From NCBI GenBank assembly GCA_965221155.1, contig OZ244869.1, positions 4,519,790-4,583,789 on the forward strand: a stretch of DNA of 64,000 bases, in the 5' to 3' direction. The stretch comes from an uncultured Candidatus Binatia bacterium (GTDB lineage: Bacteria > Desulfobacterota > Binatia > UBA9968 > JAJDTQ01). Numbering within the stretch: the first letter of the stretch is position 1; every line of letters starts with the position of its first letter. Below the pieces are notes generated by a model, which was not told the DNA's origin, did not search any database, and worked only from the letters and a program-made list of their open reading frames with translations. Of the stretch, positions 1 to 8,433 are shown piece by piece. The position numbers were made by a program, and so were the translations under genes.

Positions 1-63
1 GGGAGAGAACGCCAAGGGGCTCTACGGCTGGAACTAGCCGGGTGGCGGGCAACCGGATTTCGA

Positions 64-555
64 GTGAAACTGACACTGACACCCAGGACGCTCTTCAGCC
101 TTCTGGTCCTGGTCTTCTTCGGCTACCTGGTCTGGGAAGCCCAGGAGTGGCGCCTGCAGGCCCGCCTTTACCCTTTGGCCATCGGTATTCCCATGATCTT
201 CCTGGCGGTCATCAACATCGTGCAGGAGCTCAGGGGGCCGAAGAAGGAAGAGGCATCGAACACCCCTGTGGATTTCCAGCTTACCCAGACCGTTGAGCCG
301 GCCGTGGCGGTCCGGCGGACCTTGAACATGCTGTCCTGGATCGTGGGTTTCCTGGCGGGCATATGGGTCTTGGGATTCTCCATCACCATTGCCGGCATGA
401 CCTTTGGGTTTCTGAAGATACAAAACAAGGAAGGCTGGAGGATGTCGCTGGTGCTCACGGCCTCGGCGTGGCTGGTGTACTACGTGGTGTTCGAGCGAAC
501 GCTGCTGCTACCGTTTCCCGAGGGCCAGGTCTTCCGTTGGCTGGGTATGGAGTAA
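64..555 (+). CDS. TctB-family small membrane subunit of tripartite tricarboxylate transporter (TTT)
   Basis: 163-aa ORF with GTG start and about 4 hydrophobic helices. It lies directly next to TctC-like and TctA-like genes on the same strand. Confidence 0.6.
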   Translation: MKLTLTPRTLFSLLVLVFFGYLVWEAQEWRLQARLYPLAIGIPMIFLAVINIVQELRGPKKEEASNTPVDFQLTQTVEPAVAVRRTLNMLSWIVGFLAGIWVLGFSITIAGMTFGFLKIQNKEGWRMSLVLTASAWLVYYVVFERTLLLPFPEGQVFRWLGME

Positions 556-625
556 CCGGGCGCGTATACGTGGGCGAGACAAAAGCGAGTCGTAAACATT
601 GGGTGCCGAACACCGGAGGTGTGCA

Positions 626-1684
626 ATGACGAAGCGAGCGATCTGTCGAACTTTTCTCGTGCTGTTGCTGGCGGGTTTCCTGTTCATGAGCTTCGCGGGT
701 CAGGCCGCGGCCAAGGACTTCTATGAAGGCAAGACCATCCGCATACTGGTCTGCTGCACGCCGGGCGGTTTTTACGACCGGTGGTCCAGGCTGTTCGCGC
801 GGTACATGGGCAAGTATATTCCCGGGAAGCCCGAAATCATCGTCCAGAACATGCCCGGGGCGGGCGGGCTCATCGCCACCAACTACACCTACAAAGTCGC
901 CAAGCAGGACGGCACGGCCATCGTCTCGCCGCTGGGCGGACAGTACCTGGATCAGGTGGCCGGTCGGAAGGAGGTGCTATTCGACTTTGGCAAGTTCCAG
1001 TGGCTGGGGACGCAGGAAGTGAGTCACTCGGTGCTCTTCTGCCGCCGTGACTCGAAATTCCAGAGTGTCGAGGACCTGATCAAGAACAAGAAGGAACCGG
1101 CAAAGCTCGGCAATACCGGGACCTCGGGCAGCAGCTATTTCATCGGCAAGGTCCTGGAGAACGCCGTGGGTGCAAACTTCAACTTCGTCATGGGCTATCA
1201 GGGGGGCAGCGAGATCGACCTGGCGGTGGAAAGAGGCGAGGTCGCGTGCCGCGGTATGACCATTCCGCCGCACTTCGGCCGGGAGCCCTATCTGACCTGG
1301 CACAAGACCAACTTCATCACGCAACTGATACAGACCGGAAGCGAGCGGGATTCGCGAATGAAGGATGTTCCCACGCTCACTGAGGTGATGGAAAAATACA
1401 ATACGCCCGCCGACGTCCGGGCCATCGCCAAGGTGATCTTTGCCAGCGGCGACTTCGGGCGCCCCCTCGGGGTGGGGCCGGGTGTCCCGGCGGACCGGGT
1501 CAAGATATTGCGTACGGCCTACATGAAGGCGCTGCAGGACCCGGGGCTGATGGCCGATGCCGAGAAGGGGCGGATGACGCCTATAATACCGAGCAGCGGC
1601 GAGAAGGTTCAGGCGTTGGCCGAGTTCGTGTCGAACCAGCCGCAGGAAGTGGTGGACGGCGTGAAGGCGATCCTGGGGAGGTAG
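626..1684 (+). CDS. TctC/Bug-family periplasmic substrate-binding protein (TTT)
   Basis: Signal-peptide-like N-terminus (LVLLLAGFLFMSFAGQAAA). Bug-family pattern GKTIRILV..PGG..D...R.....QNMPGAGG. ATG at 626 is preceded by GGAGG; the ORF track starts at 599. Confidence 0.8.
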   Translation: MTKRAICRTFLVLLLAGFLFMSFAGQAAAKDFYEGKTIRILVCCTPGGFYDRWSRLFARYMGKYIPGKPEIIVQNMPGAGGLIATNYTYKVAKQDGTAIVSPLGGQYLDQVAGRKEVLFDFGKFQWLGTQEVSHSVLFCRRDSKFQSVEDLIKNKKEPAKLGNTGTSGSSYFIGKVLENAVGANFNFVMGYQGGSEIDLAVERGEVACRGMTIPPHFGREPYLTWHKTNFITQLIQTGSERDSRMKDVPTLTEVMEKYNTPADVRAIAKVIFASGDFGRPLGVGPGVPADRVKILRTAYMKALQDPGLMADAEKGRMTPIIPSSGEKVQALAEFVSNQPQEVVDGVKAILGR

Positions 1685-1694
1685 CTGACCGGCC

Positions 1695-3212
1695 ATGATG
1701 CTCGACGCCTTCATAGAGGGACTGTATCACGTCCTTTCCTGGCCGGCCTTCGGCTTTCTGCTCCTGGGCGCGTTGGTGGGTTTCATCGTGGGGATTCTCC
1801 CCGGCCTGGGTGGCTTGGCCACCCTGGCCCTGATGCTCCCCTTCGCCTACAAGATCGGGGAGCCGATCTCGGCCTTTGCCTTTCTCCTGGGTATGCACGC
1901 CATCACCGGCACCACCGGTGATCTCACCTCGATTCTCTTCGGCATCCCGGGAGAGGGCACGGCCGCGGCCACCATCATGGACGGCTACCCCATGACCAAG
2001 AAAGGGGAGGCCGGCCGGGCCATGGGCGCCGCGCTCATGAGCTCGCTGGTGGCCGGCCTTGAAGGCGCCCTCATTCTGGCCCTCGCCATTCCCATCATGC
2101 GCCCGCTGGTGCTGTTTTTCGGCTCTCCGGAGCTGTTCATGCTGGCGATTCTGGGTATCACCTTCATCGCCTCGCTCAGCGGGTCTTCACTCACCAAGGG
2201 ACTCCTGTGTGGCGGCATCGGCCTCCTGCTGGCGGCCATCGGTGTCGATCCTCAAACCGGTACCCTGCGTTACACGTTGGGCACGCTCTATCTCTGGGAT
2301 GGCCTGAGTCTCGGCCCCGTGGTGGTGGGACTCTTCGCCATCCCGGAGATCATCGATCTGGCGGTGCGGGGCACCAGCATCGCCGAAGGCAAGGTGGAGA
2401 AGATCACCGGGGTCATGGAAGGGGTCAAGGACACCTTCCGCCACTTCGGCCTGACCATGCGCTGCGGCTTCATCGGCGCGTTTATCGGCGCCTTGCCGGG
2501 CCTCGGCGGCGGCGTTTCGCAGTGGCTGGCCTACGGCCACGCGGTGCAGTCGTCGAAGGACCAGAGCGGGTTCGGCAAGGGCGACGTCCGCGGCGTCCTG
2601 GGACCCGGGGCCGCCAACAACTCGAAGGAAGGGGGCAACCTGATCCCCACCGTGGCCTTCGGCATTCCGGGCAGCAGCGCCATGGCGATCCTGCTGGGGG
2701 CGTTTCTCATCGTCGGCCTCAACCCTGGTCCTGAGATGCTCACCAAGCATCTGGACGTGACCTTTGCCATGGTGTGGATCCTCGTGATCGCCAACATCAT
2801 TACCGCGAGCGCGTGCTTCCTGTTCCTGAATCATCTCGTGAAGCTCACCTTCGTCAGGGGCCACCTGCTGATACCGTTCCTGCTCATGTTCGTCTTTCTG
2901 GGCGCCTTCGCGGCTCACAACAACTTCAGCGACATGATCGTCACGGTCATTTTCGGTGTGGTGGGCTACGTCATGGTGCTGTTCCAGTGGCCGAGGCCGC
3001 CTTTCGTGCTGGGCCTGGTGCTGGGGACCATCGTCGAGAACTATCTGTGGATTTCCAGCAGCGCCTATGGAGCGGCGTGGCTCTTGCACCCCACGGTGGT
3101 CAGCATCTTCATCCTGATGGTGGGAACCCTGGTATACTCCATGGTTCAGACGCGCAGAGGCAAGTCCATCGAGGACGAGATCCGGAAAGGCGCCGAAGGA
3201 AAGGTGGAGTAA
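1695..3212 (+). CDS. TctA-family large permease (TTT)
   Basis: 505-aa polytopic membrane protein. It has typical TctA motifs (GILPGLGG, GIPGEG, ALPGLGGG) and follows the TctC-like gene. Confidence 0.85.
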   Translation: MMLDAFIEGLYHVLSWPAFGFLLLGALVGFIVGILPGLGGLATLALMLPFAYKIGEPISAFAFLLGMHAITGTTGDLTSILFGIPGEGTAAATIMDGYPMTKKGEAGRAMGAALMSSLVAGLEGALILALAIPIMRPLVLFFGSPELFMLAILGITFIASLSGSSLTKGLLCGGIGLLLAAIGVDPQTGTLRYTLGTLYLWDGLSLGPVVVGLFAIPEIIDLAVRGTSIAEGKVEKITGVMEGVKDTFRHFGLTMRCGFIGAFIGALPGLGGGVSQWLAYGHAVQSSKDQSGFGKGDVRGVLGPGAANNSKEGGNLIPTVAFGIPGSSAMAILLGAFLIVGLNPGPEMLTKHLDVTFAMVWILVIANIITASACFLFLNHLVKLTFVRGHLLIPFLLMFVFLGAFAAHNNFSDMIVTVIFGVVGYVMVLFQWPRPPFVLGLVLGTIVENYLWISSSAYGAAWLLHPTVVSIFILMVGTLVYSMVQTRRGKSIEDEIRKGAEGKVE

Positions 3213-3317
3213 GACCTGCTCCCCGTTGCCCTGGCCCTTCTGGCCTCCTTTGCCTTCGCGTGCACGGCAACGCTGGTTCATCGTGGGGTCCAATATCTCG
3301 ATCCCTTCAGCGGCCTG

Positions 3318-4097
3318 GTGGTGGATCTCTTCTTCAATGGCGTGTGCCTGTGGCTCTTCCTGTTCACCTTTCATGACCTGTCGGAACTCTGGTCCGGCGC
3401 CAACCTGATTTTCGCGGTCTCCGGCCTCGTCGTGCCGGGACTCTTTCGCCTGGTGGCCTTCAATGGTATCGAGCGGATGGGAGCCTCGGCGGCCACCGCG
3501 GTGCTCAATTCAGCTCCGCTCTTTGCCGTGCTCCTGGCCATGCTGCTCCTGGATGAGCAACCCGGTCCCGCCAACCTCCTGGGCGCCGTGGCCGTCGTTT
3601 GCGGCCTGGTCTTTCTCTCGTGGAAGGGCAAATCGCGATCCTGGCGGCCCAAGGACCTGTTCTTCCCGGCATCCGGGGCGCTGCTCGCGGCGCTGCGCGA
3701 CAACATGGTCCGTTTCGGCCTTCTTGCCGGGCCGGCCCCCATGGTGGGGGCCACGATCACGGTGAGCGCGTCGTTCCTGACCATGTCAGCGGTATATTTC
3801 CCGGCCAACGGCCTGACGCGTCTGAGAGTTTGCGGGTGGGGGACCCTTGGCTGCTTCGCCTTGATTGGATTCGTGCACTTCGTGGCCTACTACCTGATGT
3901 TCACAGCCCTGGGCATGGCGGACGTCGCGGTGGTATCCCCGCTGGTGCACTGCTTCTCGCTCTTTACCCTGGGGCTTTCCCCGCTTATTCTGGGTGACTC
4001 GGACCCGATCACGCAGCGCAAGGCAGTCGCTACCTCCATGGTCGTGCTGGGGGTGCTGCTGATCGCGTGGTCGAGGTGGTCGTACGCGGCTTCATGA
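3318..4097 (+). CDS. EamA/DMT-family transporter (start uncertain; frame is open from 3213)
   Basis: Multi-TM protein with EamA-like repeats. The reading frame is open from immediately after the tctA stop and encodes a further TM helix (LLPVALALLASFAFACTATLV), but there is no ATG/GTG/TTG before 3318. Confidence 0.6.
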   Translation: MVDLFFNGVCLWLFLFTFHDLSELWSGANLIFAVSGLVVPGLFRLVAFNGIERMGASAATAVLNSAPLFAVLLAMLLLDEQPGPANLLGAVAVVCGLVFLSWKGKSRSWRPKDLFFPASGALLAALRDNMVRFGLLAGPAPMVGATITVSASFLTMSAVYFPANGLTRLRVCGWGTLGCFALIGFVHFVAYYLMFTALGMADVAVVSPLVHCFSLFTLGLSPLILGDSDPITQRKAVATSMVVLGVLLIAWSRWSYAAS

Positions 4098-4137
4098 AGG
4101 GTCCCGTCGACGTTATGTGGACACTGCCGAACCTGCC

Positions 4138-4168
4138 GTAGGGGCGGGTTTCAAACCCGCCCGTGCCC
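4138..4168. repeat. REP-A palindromic element (GTAGGGGCGGGTTTCAAACCCGCCCGTGC), copy 1
   Basis: Perfect GGGCGGGTTT/AAACCCGCCC hairpin. The same unit occurs at 14832, 20689, 23205 and 34501. Confidence 0.9.
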
Positions 4169-4187
4169 CCATGTGTGAGCCAATATC

Positions 4188-4778
4188 ATGTGGACATTGC
4201 CGAACCTGTTGAGTCTCTTCCGGATCCTTCTGGTGCCGTTCCTGGCCTACCTGCTGGCGTTCACGGATCCGGTGTCCTGCGCGCTGGCCGCGCTGATCTT
4301 CATCATCGCATCCGTGACCGATATGCTCGACGGTTATCTGGCGCGCCGGAACAAGAGCGTATCCGACTTCGGCAAGCTCCTGGACCCGTTGGCGGACAAG
4401 CTGCTGGTGGTGACCGCCCTCATCATGCTGGTGGCCATCGACCGTCCCGGCGATGCCGACGTACCCGCGTGGCTGGTGGTGATCATCGTCGCCCGCGAGG
4501 TGGCCGTGACCGTGCTGCGCGGCATCGCCCTCAGCGAGGGCATCGTCATCCCGGCCGATGAGTTGGGCAAGTACAAGCTGCTGGTGCAGACCTTCGCCCT
4601 CGTGGGACTGATGGTCCACTACAGCTACCTCGGAATCGATTTTTTCGTCGCGGGCATGTATTTCCTGGTGCTTTCCACCGTGCTCGCGGTCTGGTCGGGG
4701 GTAGAGTACCATGTCCGGTTCCTGCGTTCCCTGCGCGCCGGATCCCGGCTCTCCGGCGCCGCTCGTACGCAGAAGTGA
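4188..4778 (+). CDS. pgsA: CDP-diacylglycerol--glycerol-3-phosphate 3-phosphatidyltransferase
   Basis: CDP-alcohol phosphatidyltransferase motif DMLDGYLARRNKSVSDFGKLLDPLADK. N-terminus is MWTLPNLLSLFRILLVP. Length 196 aa. Confidence 0.9.
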   Translation: MWTLPNLLSLFRILLVPFLAYLLAFTDPVSCALAALIFIIASVTDMLDGYLARRNKSVSDFGKLLDPLADKLLVVTALIMLVAIDRPGDADVPAWLVVIIVAREVAVTVLRGIALSEGIVIPADELGKYKLLVQTFALVGLMVHYSYLGIDFFVAGMYFLVLSTVLAVWSGVEYHVRFLRSLRAGSRLSGAARTQK

Positions 4779-4797
4779 GCAGCGACACCCCTAATCC

Positions 4798-4825
4798 GTC
4801 ATTCCCGCGAAAGCGGGAATCCAGG
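4798..4825. repeat. REP-C unit (GTCATTCCCGCGAAAGCGGGAATCCAGG), solo copy
   Basis: Hairpin CCCGC-GAAA-GCGGG. The same unit forms the inverted ends of about 100-bp composites at 16628-16727 and 18023-18269. Confidence 0.85.
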
Positions 4826-4867
4826 AGGGGATGGGTGCCACCATGTGGCCGGATGAAGTCTCACAAA

Positions 4868-4896
4868 TTGACAAGGATCGGCTGATGATGTAGGAA
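4868..4896 (+). promoter_or_regulatory. Possible sigma70-type promoter for tRNA-Gly
   Basis: TTGACA (4868-4873), a 17-nt spacer, then a weak -10 TAGGAA (4891-4896), 12 nt upstream of the tRNA 5' end. Pattern match only. Confidence 0.25.
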
Positions 4897-4908
4897 GTGT
4901 CGCAGGAT

Positions 4909-4985
4909 GCGGGTGTAGCTCAGTTGGCTAGAGCGTATGCTTGCCAAGCATAAGGTCGCCGGTTCGACCCCGGTCACCCGCTCCA
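4909..4985 (+). tRNA. tRNA-Gly (anticodon GCC), CCA encoded
   Basis: Folded by hand. Acceptor stem GCGGGTG/CACCCGC, D stem GCTC/GAGC, anticodon stem TATGC/GCATA with loop TTGCCAA, T stem GCCGG/CCGGT with loop TTCGACC, discriminator T, then CCA. Confidence 0.93.
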
Positions 4986-5045
4986 ATTCCCACCCCCTAC
5001 AGGCTGTTCCCGACAAGATCCGTGATCCCATCCCCGGTCGTTTCC

Positions 5046-5612
5046 GTGCAGAAGCCGCTGAAATTCGCCACCTCCAACAAGCACAAGTTCAGCGAGGCAA
5101 GCGCCATCCTCGGAGAATACGGAATATCCGTGGAGATGGCGCCGCTGGAGCTTCGCGAGATCCAGGCCGACGTCCTGGAAGAGATCGCCGCGGAGAAGGC
5201 CCGGGAGGCCTGCCGAAGACTCGACGGCCCGGCCATGGTGGAAGACACCGGGCTGTACATCGACGGATTGAAGGGCTTCCCCGGCCCCTACTCGGCGTAC
5301 GTCTTTCGCACTCTGGGGAACCAGGGCATCCTGCGCCTGTTGGAGGCCGCCCCGGACCGGAGCGCGACCTTCCGGTCCGTGTTCGCCTACTGCCGTCCCG
5401 GCGGCTCGCCCGAGTGCTTTCCCTCCGCCGTGGCCGGCACCATCGCCCCGGAGTGCAGGGGAGAGGGCTGGGGCTACGATCCGATCTTCATCGCCGAGGG
5501 CGCTTCGGGCAGGACCTACGGCGAGCTCGGCGACGACAAGAACCAACTATCCCACCGCCGCATGGCCCTGGAGAGTCTGGCTCGCTGGATTCACAACCCG
5601 GTCTCGCGCTAA
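5046..5612 (+). CDS. rdgB: RdgB/HAM1-family non-canonical purine NTP pyrophosphatase
   Basis: N-terminus KFATSNKHKFSEA, and GYDPIF..........LSHRRMAL near the C-terminus. GTG at 5046 was chosen because the longer ORF (from 4941) overlaps the tRNA. Confidence 0.8.
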   Translation: MQKPLKFATSNKHKFSEASAILGEYGISVEMAPLELREIQADVLEEIAAEKAREACRRLDGPAMVEDTGLYIDGLKGFPGPYSAYVFRTLGNQGILRLLEAAPDRSATFRSVFAYCRPGGSPECFPSAVAGTIAPECRGEGWGYDPIFIAEGASGRTYGELGDDKNQLSHRRMALESLARWIHNPVSR

Positions 5613-5872
5613 GCGTCTGAAACAGCCAGGTGGACCTGAGCCGCGGGTTTGAAGGAAGCGGTTGACCGACTACGGCTATTTTGGGACTGGTAGGACATGA
5701 CGTCGTGACTCGAACACACCGAGCGATCAGGTTGCCTCCTCCCATGACATCGAGCGATGTGGCGCCAGCGATTCGGTTTCGACCAGACAGTGATCGGCCG
5801 TTCAAGGGTGGGAGCGGTCGGTCTCGGTGTCCGCGTGCTGCCATTCGATGGGATCGGACAACCGGCGTCCCG

Positions 5873-6784
5873 TCACACAAGCCCGCGGTCATCGAGGAAC
5901 TGGAGAGCCAGGGCTGCACACGTCTCCGGCTTTTCGAGTTGGAGCAGATGAGTCGTCTCGGGGATGAAGTCGTAGTCGGCGAGCAGGAGTTCCCTCATGT
6001 CCATGCTTGGCATGTACGAGTACGGAATGGTGGGGTCGGCTCCGATGGCCTTTACGGGACACGTGACGTTCTTGAGGTCCACGCTCATCGCCCAACAGAA
6101 GAAATAGTCACAGATTTGCGCTTCGTGCTCGCGTGGGCAGCAAAGCTCCCAAGCTGCCCCGTCGGCGGCGGGGCGGAGCGTCGTCCGGGCAAAGAGGTCC
6201 ACGGCGCCGGGGCACGCGCGATCGAAAACGCCCTTGTGGAAAAGATACTCCGCGAACTCTTCCGGAGTCTCGAACCGGTCCTGACGCCTGCGGGCGATCA
6301 TGCCCAGCCGTCGCCCCACGGTCTCCATGTCGTGCGGAAATTTGCCGGGCGGGCAGACGGGTGGATCGAACAGGACGAGGGCCGAGAAGGCGTGCCTATC
6401 CCCCTTGGCAGCCTGAAGGAGCGCCGTCAGCGCCGAGAGCGAATGAAACAGGCCGATTATCGGTTTCTCCCCGAAGTGACGGTCGATATCGCGGACAACG
6501 CACTCCTGGTCGCGGACAAACGTTGGGACGTTGTGAACACGGCGATCGCTAATCGGGTTCCATCCGTGGCTCCGGATATCGTAGATGAAGAGGTCGAAAC
6601 GGTCGGTGAACCGCGACCAGAAAGGATAGTACGAATCGATCGAAGACCCGTTGCCGTGGCTCATAACAAGCCGCGGGCCGTTCGGATTGCCGTGCCGACG
6701 GACGACGATAGGCGTGCCGTCGTCCGTGTGCACCTCGCGTACAGTGAGTGGTTCGGGGACTTCCCAGTGCGCGGGTCCAGTCAT
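5873..6784 (-). CDS. Alpha/beta-fold hydrolase
   Basis: 303 aa. Oxyanion-type HGNGSS motif after strand LVMSHG, and nucleophile-elbow-like IIGLFHSLSA. The antisense 400-aa ORF was rejected. Confidence 0.7.
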   Translation of the reverse strand: MTGPAHWEVPEPLTVREVHTDDGTPIVVRRHGNPNGPRLVMSHGNGSSIDSYYPFWSRFTDRFDLFIYDIRSHGWNPISDRRVHNVPTFVRDQECVVRDIDRHFGEKPIIGLFHSLSALTALLQAAKGDRHAFSALVLFDPPVCPPGKFPHDMETVGRRLGMIARRRQDRFETPEEFAEYLFHKGVFDRACPGAVDLFARTTLRPAADGAAWELCCPREHEAQICDYFFCWAMSVDLKNVTCPVKAIGADPTIPYSYMPSMDMRELLLADYDFIPETTHLLQLEKPETCAALALQFLDDRGLV

Positions 6785-6964
6785 CTCGGCGTCTTCAGTC
6801 CCGTCGACAACCGGTGGGTCGGGGACCGTTTCGAAACCGCCCTGCCGTTGGCCGGCGGGTCAATCCATGATACCAGTGAATGATGGGTGTGAATTGCAGA
6901 GCCGGGCGTACCAAATGCCGGGTATGTTCGCACAGCGCAAGGGCATGGAAGGGAGTGTGGCGAG

Positions 6965-7210
6965 ATGAGTAACATGGAAGAACCCCTCAGGAACCTTCTC
7001 GTAGAGCAGCTTGGCGTCGCGAGAGAGAAAGTGACTCTGGACGCTACTCTTGCGGAAATGGGTGCCGATTCCCTGGATTCGGTCGAGCTGATACTTGCGA
7101 TCGAGCGAGAGTTCAACGTTCACATCTCCGATGAGGACAGCCTAAAGATGGACACCATGCGCAAGACGCTCGCCTATATCGCGGCTCACGCCGAAGATGG
7201 GCCGGCATAA
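6965..7210 (+). CDS. Acyl carrier protein
   Basis: 81 aa with the phosphopantetheine attachment motif GADSLDSVELILAIE. Confidence 0.85.
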   Translation: MSNMEEPLRNLLVEQLGVAREKVTLDATLAEMGADSLDSVELILAIEREFNVHISDEDSLKMDTMRKTLAYIAAHAEDGPA

Positions 7211-7226
7211 GACCAACCCCGAACGC

Positions 7227-8375
7227 CTACGCTCCCCAAACAATCGACGCGTAGAGTGTCGGGGGCATTCGGAACAAACTCCCGCCGATCATCGAGTGCG
7301 GATTGTCGACCAGCCGAGCACCGTGAACTTCATTCATGAGAGCGCGCAGTACAGCCTTTACTTCTTGTTTTGCTATGGCCGCTCCGGGGCAGAAATGGTC
7401 GCCGTGGCCGAACATCAGGTTCGTCGAACCCGGGCGCGTCAAATCTAACCGGTGAGGTTCCGGAAACTTGTGGGGATCCCGGCAGGCGGCGGCGAGACAG
7501 AGGTGAACCGGCGTCCCGGCCTTGACGGGGATGCCGCAGATATCAAGGGGACCGACCGCAAATCGGGGCATTGAAAAAATGGGGGGCTGATACCGAAGCA
7601 ACTCGGCCACGGCTGCGTCCAACCGCTCCGGTTCCAGTTTCCGCAATCGACGGAGTAGGGTCCCGTCCGTCGCTATCATCCAGAGCATATTGGATATGGC
7701 GCAAACGGTGGTTTCGGTTCCGGCCAGGAAAATGATGATCCGATTGCGAGCGAGTTCCGGCGCGCTTAGCCGATTCTCGCTGACCGCTTTCTCCAGCGCA
7801 TGGGTCAGTGCCCCGGAACGCTCTCGATTGGCATAGACGTCAAGCGCTTCAAGCAAGTTCGCCTTCGCCTCTTCCAACGCCGAGGCGTTGCCGGAGACGA
7901 CTTCAACAACCGGACGGTAGAGCGTGTAGAGGTGCAACGATTCCTCGGGCAGGAGACCCGTCAGGATCGCCATGACTTCGGTTGCGACACGGATGGAGAG
8001 CCCGCCAATCAATTCCGCCGTCCGGTGGCTACGCAAATCCGCCAGCGCTCTGGCCGCGATTTCGTCGATTTTCTCCGCATTGAGCAATTCCGCCCTGCCG
8101 TTCGCCAAGCCCTCGACGACCGGCGCTCTCTGCCGATGGTGGTCATGCCCATCAAGCTCGATGATGGTCGGTCCGAACAGGAGGAGACTGGCGCGGAACC
8201 GGTGCCTTACCGTCAGTCCTGGATTTGTGAAAGCATCGATCACATCGGCGTAACGGAGCACGGCAACCGACTTGTCATTCGGCAAGTTGAGCGCGCCGGC
8301 TTCGGTTTGGATGCGGCCGAGGTCTGAAAACGACAGGCTGGACAGTTCGTTCAGGGACAGCGGCGTCAACACCAA
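7227..8375 (-). CDS. Cytochrome P450
   Basis: I-helix AGTETT, ExxR (ELLRY) and the heme-thiolate loop FGHGDHFCPG. Start is uncertain: TTG/GTG candidates at 8375, 8372 and 8369 follow GGAGGG. Confidence 0.88.
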   Translation of the reverse strand: MVLTPLSLNELSSLSFSDLGRIQTEAGALNLPNDKSVAVLRYADVIDAFTNPGLTVRHRFRASLLLFGPTIIELDGHDHHRQRAPVVEGLANGRAELLNAEKIDEIAARALADLRSHRTAELIGGLSIRVATEVMAILTGLLPEESLHLYTLYRPVVEVVSGNASALEEAKANLLEALDVYANRERSGALTHALEKAVSENRLSAPELARNRIIIFLAGTETTVCAISNMLWMIATDGTLLRRLRKLEPERLDAAVAELLRYQPPIFSMPRFAVGPLDICGIPVKAGTPVHLCLAAACRDPHKFPEPHRLDLTRPGSTNLMFGHGDHFCPGAAIAKQEVKAVLRALMNEVHGARLVDNPHSMIGGSLFRMPPTLYASIVWGA

Positions 8376-8433
8376 ACCCTCCGACGTCGCCGGAACATTC
8401 GTTTGTCCAAAGATGTCCGGCGCGGCGCGTCAA

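Noticed and set aside
2-37. Possible 3' end of an upstream gene ending GENAKGLYGWN-stop, resembling amidohydrolase_2 C-termini (..NAKRFYG..)
   Set aside because: Only 11 codons are visible, which is too little to support a feature call.
4941-5045. N-terminal extension of the rdgB ORF back to 4941
   Set aside because: It would overlap the tRNA-Gly gene, and the added residues have no similarity to HAM1 proteins. The GTG at 5046 gives the canonical KFATSNKHK N-terminus.
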